Origin: Vicugna vicugna
Taxonomy: Eukaryota
DNA: 64,000 nt
Direction: 5' to 3'
NCBI GenBank assembly: GCA_013265495.1
Contig: MU057989.1
Span: 248,001-312,000, forward strand
This document shows positions 51,455-64,000 of the stretch, in pieces (position 1 is the first letter of the stretch; the number at the start of each line of letters is the position of its first letter). Position numbers and translations under genes: made by a program. Below the pieces are notes generated by a model. The model did not search any database. It saw only the letters and a program-made list of their open reading frames with translations, and was not told the origin of the DNA.

Positions 51455-53333
51455 TTGCAAAGCAACCTTTTTTCTCCCTCTGCATAAAATTTTCCCTTTC
51501 TCCAGAAATGCTCACTACAAGGGCCTAGGACACTCGGGCAGGGTCAGTCACTTGCCCTCCAGTCCCATGGACGCATCCCTGCAGCTGCAGCGGAGGAGCT
51601 CGGGACCCCGGGGTGACCCCAAGGGCAATGTGAGCACCTGGTTAGACCCCGAGGGACTGAGGACACTGAAGCCACTGGCCGTGAGCCCTGGAAGCCCAAG
51701 GGCACTGGCTGCATGCATATAGTTCAGATGACAAAATCTGTACAGACGAGGGGTTGGTCTTCTGCGGGCGTGGGTCTCCCGCAAGGGGTCAGTGGTCAGA
51801 TTCGTTAAAAAATATAATAGATTATCATGATGGAAAAGTTTTGGGAATAAACAAGGTTGCACAATATTGCAAATGTAACTGATGCCACTAACTTGTACAC
51901 TCACAAATGGTTAAAATGTCAAATTTAACTATATATATTTTTTACCGCAATAAAAATGTTTTAAAAAGATCTAATGGATTACTTCGATTTCTTGCAATGA
52001 GATTATACCCTTACATGACTAGTGCGAATGTATATTTAACAATTTAAGTATAAGGAATATACCCAGGATTGAGTCACCATTTTATTGGGAAAAAAAATGA
52101 TTCTACCTGCGTAACGGAGTTCTCTGCAAGGGATTTTGGCTAAGTAGAATGCCTAGGTGACTGGACCTTCTTCCCAGGGAAAACGCTGAGGGAATGGCAG
52201 CTGAGACGGTACACCTACAGTAGGCTCAGGTGACCTTGGGGTCATGAGGAGTGTTATTGTTTCCTTTATCGTTTTTATGATGTTTCAGTAGTTTACTAAG
52301 GGCTCATAAATATAAAGAAGAGAAAATTCATTAAGATAAACATTTAAAAAATTTCCCCCACTTTTACTGAGAGATAATTCACATACAGCACTGTGTATGT
52401 TTATTCGACTTACATACATCTTGAAATGATTACCGCAACCGGTTTAGTGACCACCTCTCATCTTATCTAGATACATTTTAAAAATGAGGGAAAAATTTTT
52501 TTCCTTGCGACGAGAACTCAGGATTTACTCTCTTAACAACTTTCTTATACCGTACAGCAGTGTTAATTACCTTTCATTATATCTTTTTATATTTACATCT
52601 TTAGTAGTTCCTTGTAAGTGGAAGTTTGTACCTATTGACTACCCTCATCTAATTCCCCCCGCGCCTTCCCTCACCTCGCCTCTGGTGGCCACAAGACAAA
52701 TGTTTTGAGATGGGAAAGAATACCCATTTTCTGGTAGGAAAGTAAACACTGAATTCTCTATTACAAATGCCAGCTGAGCTAGCCGGGCAGATACAGAGCC
52801 ATTGCGGAAGGTCCTTGGGACAAATACCTAAGGCCATTGGGTTCTGCTAAAAACCGCATAGACTTGGGGACAGGGAATACTTCCAGTCTCTGAGGCAACG
52901 TAGAGAGGAGGATAGGGATCGACACTTTTCCCGAGCGCCCGTCTGTTCCCTCTCTCCCTTCCGCTCCCACATTTTGCATAGTAACTGCCTCCTTGTTAGT
53001 TACCTCAGGACCGGGATTCTCCTAAAAGGAGAGAAGAAAGGCTCGTGCGGGACTTGATCTCCTGATTTCCTGCACCCTAAGCGAGGATCATACCCTAGTG
53101 CAAACAGTAGAGCTAACAACTGCTTTGAGCTCCATCCGCGTGTGCGCTGTCTTTCCCCGCTCCGAGGATGCTTGGGAGCCTGAGAAATCTGAGAGGATTC
53201 GCCGGTTGAATATGGATGTCAAGGAGCCCAGAGAAGGGCAAGCTGGGACCAGGAGGCTGTGTATTAACCTGCAGGAACCGCGAGGAGGTGACAGAGTAAC
53301 TGGTCTAAAACTGCCATCAACAAGTTCACACGT

Positions 53334-53406
53334 GCCCCGGTGGCCTAATGGATAAGGCATTGGCCTCCTAAGCCAGGGATTGTGGGTTCGAGTCCCACCC
53401 GGGGTA
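53334..53406 (+). tRNA. tRNA-Arg(CCT)
   Basis: 73 nt GCCCCGGTGGCCTAATGGATAAGGCATTGGCCTCCTAAGCC...CCCACCCGGGGTA with downstream TTTT. Confidence 0.97.
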
Positions 53407-53779
53407 GAAGGGGTTACTTTTAAAAACTCGGAGAGAGGAGAAAAATGAAAAGAAGCTGTATAATTCACTTCTGCAAGTGGAAGAAACAAATTAAGGGCCC
53501 CTGGAGGCTATCCAGACACCATCCTAAACTGAAGTTCTTTATTCTGGTTTCATTTTCGCACAAAGATGTGCACGTTTCCAGTTTTCAGAAGAGTGCTTTC
53601 ATTCTTTACATTATTTTAATAACCATTCATTCTACTTGATATAAGAATAATTGTTCATTTTTCAGGTGTGTTAATTGTTTTGTGGTTACTTATATTTTTT
53701 TGAAGTCCTTATTTTTTATAAACACACCCGATTATTTACAGATTACATTATATGACAACTTGTGTGCTTTAAAACAAAT

Positions 53780-54020
53780 GGGCTGGGTGGTGACTACAGT
53801 TAATAATACTGTATCGTATACTTGAATTTTCTAAGACAGTAGACCTTAAGCATTCTTACCACACACACAAAAGGTACCTATGTGAGCTAATGGAAGTGTT
53901 ACTTGAGTGTGGTGAATATTTTACAATGTAAACATATATCAAATCATCCTGTTGTACACCTTCAATATGATCATTTTTATTTTTTGATTATACCTCAATA
54001 AAGCTGGGGAAAAAATAATG
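53780..54020 (+). mobile_element. Old L1 3'-end fragment
   Basis: ggtgactacagttaataatactgtat...tacctcaataaagctggggaaaaaa; a related copy lies at about 55700-56025. Confidence 0.65.
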
Positions 54021-54667
54021 GGTTGGATGGAGGTATAAACAAAACAAGCTTTTCCATGAGTTGATCATGGCTTAGCTGGGCACGTTACACTATTTTCTCT
54101 GCTTTAGTGCATGTTTGAAATAGTCCATAATATAATGATATCTCTCTCTCTTTTTTAAAATCCGTGCAATCCACATCTTCATCATCAAGGTAAAAATTTC
54201 CGCAACTGCAGGATATGGTGTAGACTAAAATCAGAAGCCTCCTATACCACATGCCCATAGAGGAGATGACCCCTAGAGCTTTGTTATATATACATATAAG
54301 AACATAGTTCTCTTTTACTTTTAAAAACCATGAATGAGACTCTTCTATTCCTCCAGCCCTGGCCTTACCTCTCCTACTTTCCCAAGCACCTGAGGTCCCA
54401 ACATCCCCACTGAAATCAGGGATCTCATTTCAATGCAGCATCTCCCACTATCATATGCAGAGAATGGTGGCCATTCAGCTGTCCAAGGCTGCCAGTACTT
54501 CCCTCACCAATGTTTCTCAATGCCTTATTGGAGGGAATGTTCTTGGGGCTCTCTCAGTGGGGTGGTGGGCATGCTCATCATGTATGATACATCTGCTCCA
54601 GCCAACCAAGAAACCTGGCAGAGCCACATTCAGCTGTACAAGATAACATATTAAATAGAGGGCTCCT

Positions 54668-54765
54668 GAGGGTGTGGGTGCAGCTCAGTGGTAGACTACA
54701 TGCTCCTCACACATGAGGCCCTGTTTCAATCCCCAGTTCCTCCACTCAAAGACAAAAGAAGTAAA
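54668..54765 (+). mobile_element. Short tRNA-derived SINE
   Basis: gcagctcagtggtag...gaggccctgtttcaatccccag, A-rich end. Confidence 0.65.
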
Positions 54766-55699
54766 TGCAAGCTCCTTGAGAAGTGCACCCTGATCATATC
54801 CTATCCTCCGCATTCTTGTATCTATCACTGAGGTTTACTGCTGGCATAAACGGACAAAATTTGCAACACTTTTGGCATATGAAATATTTCTTCCTGGACC
54901 AGCCATTGTACTTGCTTCTGCAGCTGCTGATCTGACTGTAGTTATACAGCAACGAGTGTTAGGGGGTGACAAAGCTCATTGGTGTGGGCTTTGAGAACTG
55001 TTATCCCCTTGCAAGACAACTGCTCCAGGTGAGATTATTATAGGCTATTCAACCCCCAGGAAGGCTACTCTCTTCAGATATCAGAGGACAGGCTGCTTTC
55101 ACTGGCAAGGAAGGCTCCAAGTGACCCAAAGTTTCAAGAGTCTCAACTTTGTTGGAGCCCACCTAGACCTCCCCAAGCTTTGGCTCCACTCATTCATAAT
55201 CAACGTCATTTCTTCCACATGAAAGAGTTCCTGAGACTGTGAATTCCACTTACATTGTCATTCTGCAACATGCAGAATTCAATGATGTATTTGCTTTTCA
55301 GCAATTTCAGCCCTGCAGCTATGAGTTTATGGCTGCCATAAAATGTCCCTGAATCTCTGAACATTACTTAGGCTGAAAGTTTAAATGCCTAATCTTTTTA
55401 TTTTCTTGCTTTAAGCCAACTGGTGCACCCAGGAGAGTTCTTTCCCTGCCATGATCCTTGTAGTCACCTTTATTGCCCTAATAGTCAAGTGCAGCAGCCA
55501 CGTGGTCCCGCAGGGCACTTGCTTCAGTTGGCACTTCATCATCATCAACCAGGTGTTGCGTGGCTTGATCACAATGCTGCCTCAGGCTGTGAATTACCTG
55601 TATCCCATTTCCCACTAGCAAGGAGCTCGGGACAGCCTTCAGGTCTAAATTCATTACCAAACCAGAGTCCAGCAGTAGGCAAAAAACTCATCTGTTGTG

Positions 55700-56025
55700 G
55701 GGTGGGGAGGAACACAGAGAGGTTGGTAGAAGGGTACAAACCTTTAATTATAAGATGTTGGGATCTAGTGGTTCCCTGGTGTCCTGGTGACTATAGTTAA
55801 TCATACCATATTGTGTATTTGAAATTTGGTAAGAGAGTGGATCTTAAGTGTGTTCTCAACACACACACATGCATCCACAATAGGTAACTCTGTGAGGTGG
55901 TGGTTGTGTTAATTGGCTTGATTGTGTTAATCACTTTGCAGTGTATGGGTCTATCAAAGTATCACATTATACACCTTCAGTATATATGACTTTTTTTTGT
56001 CAGTCATACCTCAGTAAAGCTGGGG
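55700..56025 (+). mobile_element. Old L1 3'-end fragment
   Basis: gggtacaaacctt...ggtgactatagttaa...tacctcagtaaagctgg. Confidence 0.65.
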
Positions 56026-57340
56026 GTGAGGGAGGAAACCCATTTGTTATTGTAACAGATGATTTAATGGAAACTGATTAACATAAAAAAGGTTGTTAAG
56101 GAGGTAGTTAAGAAGGCAGAAAGGAAACAATGAGAAAGCAGCCATCACCCGTGGGACTGGAGGACCAAGAGAAGAGATTGGGACTATTAAAATTTAGAAG
56201 TTTGGAGAGGGCCTTATGGGGCTTAAAAGTAGATCTCTGAAGAGATGTGGCTCAGATGGCTTGGGTGTCTCTGAGCTCAGAGTCCCAAGAGGCTGGACCG
56301 CAGTTCCTGAGGAGGGGACCTCAGTCAGCTTGCACTGATGTCTCTAATGAGCCATGATGAGGCTGGTTCTGTGAGTGCCGGGAAAACTTCAAACTGCGTT
56401 CAGCTGTTACTTCTGGAATGAACTACTGCACGAATAAAAAAAGTGAGGCTGGGTCGGGTGGGTGGCAGTCGGAACAGGAAACACGCAGGAAATAGTTTAT
56501 CCCTTCTTCCTCCTCCAGCCTTTCAGTTTCTCTAGTGCCTCCTATCGGCAAACCGGACACGGATCCTCTGGCGAAGTGGAGCATCATAAGTAGGGTCTGG
56601 AAGGGTGAGTTTGAAGCCAAGTGATAGTTTAAGGACTGGTCCCATCTGTCCTATCCCGCTTCCCCCGGGTCCTTTCAGATGCCTCCTGAGCGTTCCCAAC
56701 ATGAACTCATTACACAAAAATCTCTGCCTCAGGGTTGCTTCTACGAAACTTGCCCTAAAATACTTGAAAACAGACTCTAAGAATGAGATTGTTACCGAGC
56801 CAAATTTGGGTGCCTGGCCCTCTGCCCCCGTGTGCGCAGTAAAGCCAATCCACTGACACTGGGTCGTGGTAAAAGTGCAGCGTTTCTTGCTGGCGCCAAG
56901 CAAGGAGTCCAGGCAGCTAGTGCTCAAAAGGCCGAACTCCCCGAAGGCTTCCAGGGGGAGGTTTTTAAAGACAGGGAGAGGAAGGGAGGTTATGGGAGGT
57001 AATCAGGAGTCAACATCATCAACCTTCTGGTTCCAACCGGCCTGGGGTCTCCGTGCTTGTGGACAGCATATAGTTAACTCCTCCCACCTGGGAGGGTTTC
57101 AGCATCTGCAAAACAGCTCAAAGGACTTGGCTCAGAATATGATCTACAGCCCTTGAGGAGGAACTGAAGGTCCTTGAGTTTGTTTAATGGCTAAACTATC
57201 ATTATTTTGAGTTGCATGACTGTTTTTCTTTCTTTCTGCATTTTCTCACTTATCTGATTAAATTTATACTTAAATAAACTTGGGGAACTTGGGGAAGGCC
57301 TAGGGAGCTAAAGTTTTCTATGGACTAGAGGCAGGCAAAG

Positions 57341-57610
57341 AGGGAGGGTATAGTTCAGTAGTAGAGTGCCTGTTTACACAAGGTCCTAGGTTCAATTCTC
57401 CAGGACCTCCATTAAAAAATAATAATAAAATAAAATAACAATCATAAATAATAATAAATCTTATGATATTTATTTAATATATTATATAATATAATTTAAC
57501 TATTGTTTTATATTACATTATATATGATGTATCATATGTGATATATTAATATAATTTAATATATTATTATAACAAATACAAATAATAAAAAATAATAATG
57601 ATAAAAATAG
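57341..57610 (+). mobile_element. tRNA-derived SINE with expanded AT-rich tail
   Basis: gggagggtatagttcagtagtagagtg...ggttcaattc followed by about 190 nt of nearly pure A/T. Confidence 0.7.
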
Positions 57611-57699
57611 AGGCAGTTGGAGGACAAGGAGGGATCTGCTTCATTACAAGATGCCAAAGTTGAATCATGTGCTGGCACCAAGGACCACATCACTGAAGG

Positions 57700-58950
57700 T
57701 TGGTAGAGTTCTCAGACACCTGGGTAAGCTGGAGCTACACAATTATTAAGACTTTTGCCCGTGTTGAACTGGGATGGCTATACAAGAGGGACATGAGCTG
57801 TTCTGGTCCCATCCATGTCTCTGGCATTTGGGACATACAGTGGAAATGGTCATGGTAAGGACTGCGGGATTACATGGCTGTCGTCAACATACTGAAACAA
57901 AAGAATGACAGGCTAGGGTAGACTCATCACCAATTCAAAGCCATGAGAAAACCAGAGGCTGCTTTGGCAGCACTGAAAACAACCCACATCTCCTACAGCT
58001 GAGGGGCCAAAGAAGCTCAAGGTCCGGGTCAGGGCCTCTGTGGGAAAGTAGCAGAACTTGAGGAAGAGTTGAATTCTCAATCGTGGTCGATTTCCTGTGC
58101 CAATGCCAGGGTGCTGATAGGGAAGAACTGGGACCCTGAAACTTGGAATGGGGCTATCTGGGGAGATGCGCTGAGAACCTTAAACTTGCTGGGCCCGCTG
58201 GAGTGGCCCAGGCCTCAATCCCCTCACCTGACGACTAGGAAGAACCTCACACGAGGCAGGCAGCTTACTAGACAACATTTGGTCACCTCAGCACTCGCTC
58301 CTCCTTCCCCTCCAGGCCACCATACCAAATACTAGGGGCTCCTCTCAGCAGGACTCAACTGGAAAAGCACTGGGACTGCTTCAGGGAAGAGAGGAATTAT
58401 TATAAACCAAGAGAGCTGTAAGATCTGGATAACATGTGTCAGCAGTAACCCAGAGAGTCTTCCCAGAGTGGATCCTGAGGGTCCTGGATATGCGTGAAGA
58501 GAAGAAAAACCTGGAAAGGGGATGGCTGCTCAGTATGGGACACTCTTCCATGACACAGGACTTCACACCCTGGCAGGATTCCTCACACTGGTTATAATAC
58601 AGAGCTGGCATGGCTCTTGGACATCTGGAAAAAGCAATAGACTACATTAAATGAAATAGAGTTGCCTGAAATGCCCTGGCAAACTGTGAAGGAAGGAATT
58701 GGAAGGGACAGAGATATCAGCACGCCAGAACGGTTCTGCAGTATCAGAGCCAAACCCACTGGCTGACCGTGGATCTTGGGAGCGCCTGGAGAAGATGCCA
58801 TTCACCCAGGCACTAAGACATGCACAGCTGAGGGGACACACCAGCATCCTTGAGAAGCATGGGAATGACTGTTTTCTGGTCTGCTGCATACTGGGACATA
58901 CCGAAGTGGAAGGGGGGCTTTGTACCTTGTGTCTCCTATTATTAAGAAAG
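57700..58950 (+). mobile_element. Degenerate ERV-L gag remnant
   Basis: Peptides RVLIGKNWDPETWNGAIWGD, EWILRVLD and LNEIELPEMPWQTVKEG resemble ERV-L gag; broken by stops and frameshifts. Confidence 0.7.
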
Positions 58951-58973
58951 AAGCCCAGCACATGAGAAGACCC

Positions 58974-59441
58974 TGTGATGTTTAATTTGATGTGTCCATT
59001 TGGCCAGGCTAGGGCACCCAGATGTTTTGGTAAAACACCAGTCTAGATGTTGCTGTGAAGGTGTTTTTCTCCATATGACTAACATTTAAATTAGGAGACG
59101 TGGGGAAAGCAAATTACCTTTCCAAAAAGTGGGTAGGCCTCATCCAGTCCATTGAAAGTCTTAAAAGACTCAGATTATCCCCAAGAGGAAGGAATTCTGC
59201 CCTTGACTGCCTTCTGACTCAAGATGGCAACATGAAGTCTTGCTGGAATTGCCAGCCTGCTGACTCTGGGATCCCCACAACTGTGTGAGAGAATTCTAAA
59301 AAAGCAATCAAAATCTCTCCCTCACCTCTCTGTCTCTGTCTTTGTCTCTCTTTCTCTCTCTAAATATATATATATACACAGAGAGAGAGGGAGATCTATT
59401 TATCAAATTTATTTTGTTTCTCTGGAAAACTAATGAATACA
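58974..59441 (+). mobile_element. MLT2 (ERV-L) LTR with internal (TC)n(TA)n(GA)n tract
   Basis: Starts tgtgatgtttaatttgatgtgtc and ends ttctctggaaaactaatgaataca, as typical for MLT2. Confidence 0.75.
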
Positions 59442-60342
59442 GTCTCCTTCAGACAAGTAGGGTGCCCAGATTCAGGCACCAAGAAGGACACGACCTGGCA
59501 GACTCCTCCCCACTCCCCAGTCCTCTCCTGCCCACTCCCCGCCCTGACCCTGGAAACTTGGGTACCCAGACGACTTAAAATCATGGCATCGACCTGAGGC
59601 CACCCTCACTAAACCTTCTGGCTCTCCCCAGAAAGGAACGCACATTTCCCTCACTGCCGCTTCTTCTCACGGGAGAGGAACATCTCAATTCTACTTCGAG
59701 TATCTCACGATTTCCAATTTTCTTTCTACTTTAGAAACGGGAGATGGGCTGGGACAGGAATGGATGACCAGATGAGGGGCTCCCTTCTCTGCCGCATCTC
59801 TGCTCCATGAGGGAGGAAAGCTGCAACGGATGCAGGTGGGGACACAGTGTTGGAGGAGGCAAGGGTCCTGGGTGGGGAGCACCCTTGAATACAGATGGAG
59901 CTCCATCTAGGTCCCCACTTAAGGCCAGAGTTGGTAAGGTTCCACCTTTAGAGGGAAATCCACCTCCAAGTCTCCAATTGTCATTCTACTTCAGCCTGTA
60001 GAGCTGAGACACAGTCTCATAAGTACTGGGTTCGAGTTCTGATTTAGGCAATAATTCTTTGCCTGGGGAGCGCTTGCCTGGATCGAGGGAATTTCAAGGA
60101 ACTGCCTAGAAAAGGAACCTCTCAGAGCGGCTCCTGACGGCTCTGTGTACTGTATCTAGAACCATTGTGTAAATTTCAACTTTTTAATTCCAAAATATAT
60201 ATATAATAAAACATTAATGAGACAGAAATAAGTTGCTTTGGTGAGATTTGACACTAGCAACAAATTCCTCTTTTGGAAGAAGTTTAGTTATATTTGCACC
60301 AAGTCACCTCTGTTTGGTGTGATGTCATCAGGACAAAAGTTA

Positions 60343-60415
60343 CGCCCAACGTGGGGCTCGAACCCGCGACCCTGAGATTAAGAGTCTCGTGCTCTACCGA
60401 CTGAGCTAGCCAGAC
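60343..60415 (-). tRNA. tRNA-Lys(CTT), variant and possibly a pseudogene
   Basis: GTCTGGCTAGCTCAGTCGGTAGAGCACGAGACTCTTAATCTCAGGGTCGCGGGTTCGAGCCCCACGTTGGGCG; 4 stem substitutions versus the canonical sequence. Confidence 0.85.
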
Positions 60416-61405
60416 AACTGTAGGTTATGGTTGTCTCCCCCCTAAAATTAGTTGAAGTTCTCTAGAACTTGTCAGCCACCACGTCCGTGGTACTAGAGCA
60501 CTGATTTCGCAGGGCTTTTCAGGAGGGAGTGAGGGAGCCCAGATCCCTGTTTGCTGTTCACCATGGATCTGAGTGGCCCCAGCAGCTCGGGGGGAGGCGG
60601 GAAGTCGGGGTCAAGTGTACAAGGATGAGTGTCACTAGAGGCTAGGAAGGAATGCGATGTGTTCTTCGCTCAGGGTGTGGAAGGTGTTGAGGTTCCAATC
60701 ATGGACGATTTCTCATTATCAAACTCTCAGCCTTGTTTGGGGTGGGTAGCCTCAAGCAAATCAGGAAGGCTCCATGCCCTCGTCGCCGGGACAAGCCAGG
60801 GAGACCTTCCTTCCCAGATGGACACTAGATCCCTTACTAGTGCAACAAGGGAAGAAAAGCTTGTAGCAGCTGCCGTTTGGGAAGAAGTGAGCGCCAACCC
60901 CAGTTCTGACCCCTGCACCAGGATTTCAGAACTGCGAGGGTCTTCTGGGCCGATCCCAGGTCAAGAGGGACCCTGAGATGCTCGAGGAACGCCCGGGTTG
61001 GCCAGTTGACAGGTGGCAGATCCTTATTTTCAGGGTCCTGGACTTATTCCCCATCTTGGGTGAAATTTCTGGCCTGGAGTCCACTATGAGAGACCTCCAT
61101 ACTCTCCCAGGCCACACGGACTCCCTCCTCCTTGCCATCTGGCTGCTCTTCTAGCTGCTGGGGCTGAGTGGCCCTCGTGCCCTGGGGGAATCTGGCTCTG
61201 TGGGCCTGGGGATGGGTGTGCGGGAGCCCCCTTTCCGGAAGGTTCCGGCCATGCTGCACCTCCCCTTTCCCTTCTGGAATCGAAACCGAAACCTGTCCCT
61301 GTGCACCTCCCAGAGAGACCGGGAAACCGGGACTGGGACCGGGGAGGGGCCGGAGCCAAGGTCTCAGGCCTCCAAAGACAGCCGTCCACAGACTCGGCCA
61401 GGCGT

Positions 61406-61477
61406 GGCTCGTTGGTCTAGGGGTATGATTCTCGCTTTGGGTGCGAGAGGTCCCGGGTTCAAATCCCGGACGAGCCC
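61406..61477 (+). tRNA. tRNA-Pro(TGG)
   Basis: 72 nt canonical GGCTCGTTGGTCTAGGGGTATGATTCTCGCTTTGGGTGCGAGAGG...GAGCCC then TTTT. Confidence 0.97.
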
Positions 61478-62039
61478 GGATTTTGCAGCCACCGCACTGC
61501 TACTCTGTGGGTGAAGGCTCCAGAGCTATGAGTCCTGGGCGATAAGATCCTGGTCTCCGCAGGCTGTATAGCCGATAAGGCTGCGCTCATTTCCTTGCTG
61601 CAGAATAACCGTCGCTCCCCGTGTGGATCGGATGCTGGAGCGGCGGGTGCATCCAGGCCCGAGGCCTCCTCTTCCGAGCTCTGGGAGCGGCCTGGCGCAA
61701 GGGAAGGAACCTGAGAGGGGGAAAATCGCTTCCCGGGCGGTTGTCTCAACCATGAGCGGGAGACCGGATCGTGTGTGTTCCAGACAGTCACAGACCCTGG
61801 GGTGACGATCCAACTTGGTCTGAACATGTACTTTTGCTTTGGGTCATAAATGTCTCTATCCTCCCAGAAGGGCCTTCCACAACCAAGGGAAGGAAGGAAA
61901 CCACAGCAGAGAATGAACATGGGGAGGGGCTGCGCCTCACCTTTGGGACCCCCGAAAGGCATGGGGTCTCCACAGGCGTCCAGAGGGCTGTGCTCCAGAC
62001 ACAGAGTCTCTTTTCTCCATGCTGGAAGAATGGCAGTGT

Positions 62040-62560
62040 TTTAATAGGTTTTATTGTTATTTTCTGAGGCCAACAGATCCAGCTACTGAGATGATGGCTT
62101 GTTACTGTTTCCAAGAGGTGGGGGCACGCCTCCACATGGGGGTTGGGGGGGCACAGGAGATGCACCAGGATCAGTCAGGAGGCAGAGGAGCGGAGAAGAA
62201 AACGTGGGCAAGGGACTTTGTTGTGGTTTCACGGAAGGTGAAACAGGTCAGTCAGGGAAGACAGGTTTAGGTGAGTTCGTTTGAATAATTTAGCTGGCTC
62301 TGGGGCCTAGGTGCTGTCCTTAGCTGTCTGTTTCCTAGCCTTGGGGTGGTTCTGGCAGGCGGATTATGGCTCAGAGTGTGAAATCCTGATAAAACAGAGG
62401 GTTGTGGGCTGCAGACTCTGGTTTGGTTGGTTTGCATTTGAGACACTGGCTGGCAGAGGAATTGGTTATTATCTCTAAGAACTGGTTGGCCTCAGGGAAA
62501 GCATTCCCTCCAGAGTTATCAAGACTCTAGATGTCAAAGGGTCAGAATACAGAAAATAAA
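62040..62560. mobile_element. LTR-like element (MER21-like)
   Basis: Shares the motif gtttgaataattt with the LTR-like segment in CASP16 intron 10 (about 49890-50360); family assignment tentative. Confidence 0.35.
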
Positions 62561-64000
62561 AGACATGGTTGATACAGGCAGGGACTGAGGCTTTGGTTGA
62601 AATTTGGGGGGCCCCAATCTGGGAAGAGCTTCCTGATCCCAGTCCCAGAGCTGTGCCTGGCCCAGGGGATGGTGGGAGGCTCAGAGCACCCACCAGGCGA
62701 GCTGTATCAGGGCCAAAGCTCCCCAGTGCATGCAGAGGGGGCAGGTGGCTGGTGGGCCTCTTCTCTGATCTAAATCCCAATTTTCTCCACTTTAAGCCCA
62801 GGATCGTGAGTGCTGGGTACCCATTTCATGCTTCCTGACTCTCAAGTCCCTGAGCAAGAGGGTTTCCTGCCCAGAACCCCAGGCCCCAATTGGATGTCCA
62901 GGGAGACCTGGTAAGGGTCAATCAGGTAGCCAGCCTCCCTGGCCAGCCCTTTCTTCTCCTACAGCCAGAACCTTTCAAGACTTCTGTTCCTTGAGGGGAA
63001 ATCACTACCACCTCTACCAGCAGGTCAGTTCTGCTGCGAAGCCCTCTTTTGTGTCAGTGATGTCCCTCCCTCAGGCCTGCCTTAACCCCTCCCCACTTTT
63101 GCACCTGGGGTCTGCTCCTCTCTACAAGCCCTCAGTCCATGGCCTGTCTCGAGCTGGGGCCCCACTGTCTCTTGTCCAGTGAAAGAGAAGTGGACAGTCA
63201 GGGCAGGAAGTACAGAGGAAGGTCTCTGTGGAGGAGGTCTTGTCCTCATTTTGGCTTCAAATCCCTGAGGAGCCCAGTTTGCTTTTTCTGGTCATTTAAA
63301 GGCAGAAACAGAATCTCTTGCAGAGCTGGTATGGAGTCTGGGCCTCTGACGATGGAGCAGAGGCAGGCTCAGCAGGTCGTGCACCCAGATCCCAGCTGGA
63401 TGGGAGTGGCCAGATTGGTCGGGGCACCAAGGTTGGGTGTCCAGGTGTGCTCATTGGACAGGGAGACAGCGGAGGGCAGTGGCAATGAGAGGCATCTCCC
63501 CTGAGGGCTCTTGTGAGTTTCCTCAATTTCCTCCCTGATCCTTTATTTCCCCACTTAAACCCCCACCCCTGTCAGGGACCCTTCCCAGCTGTGGCCTGCA
63601 CTGGGATCGCCTCTGGGAGGCGATTCTCAGGGCTGGACGGGGTATGAGACTTGGGACCCCATGGCCGGTCTTTCCAGTATGTGGCATGAGAGACGGTGCG
63701 GTCCGGAAACCAGCGACTCTGTGGGCAGGGTCCAAGTCCTGTTCCCAGCTTCACTCCACAGCCCAGCCCTTAGCCCGGTGCCGGAGGGAGGACCTGAGGA
63801 TGCTCTCCTGAGCTGATGGTCTTAGTTTCTCGTGGGCGAAGGGGAGGGCAGCGGAGTGGGACACTCCAAAATCCAGATTGGGACTTACCAACTTGGAGTC
63901 TTGGCATGTGGCAATGCTGGACCTCCCCCGTTCCCCTCCTGTCCATGGAATCAAATCCTTCCCTTGACTCACAGGGAAAGGGGGAAATTCATAGTGGAGA

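Overview
Mammalian genomic DNA, syntenic with the human 16p13.3 block IL32 - ZSCAN10 - ZNF205 - ZNF213 - CASP16 - tRNA cluster. The short tRNA-derived SINEs suggest a camelid, which is an inference. I assembled exon structures by hand from GT/AG sites and reading phase: the 3' part of IL32 (+), ZSCAN10 (-, 784 aa), ZNF205 (+), ZNF213 (+, 455 aa) and an intact 11-exon caspase-16 (+, 470 aa). Caspase-16 is the most interesting element. Its N-terminal half is a catalytically dead copy of the whole caspase fold, fused to a C-terminal caspase with intact AHG and QACRG motifs. It also carries a duplicated small-subunit-start exon and a Trp-rich linker. Four tRNA genes follow (Arg-CCG, Arg-CCT, a degenerate Lys-CTT, Pro-TGG), interspersed with L1, MLT/ERVL and SINE repeats. 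Gene identities rest on recalled human orthologue sequences; no database search was run.
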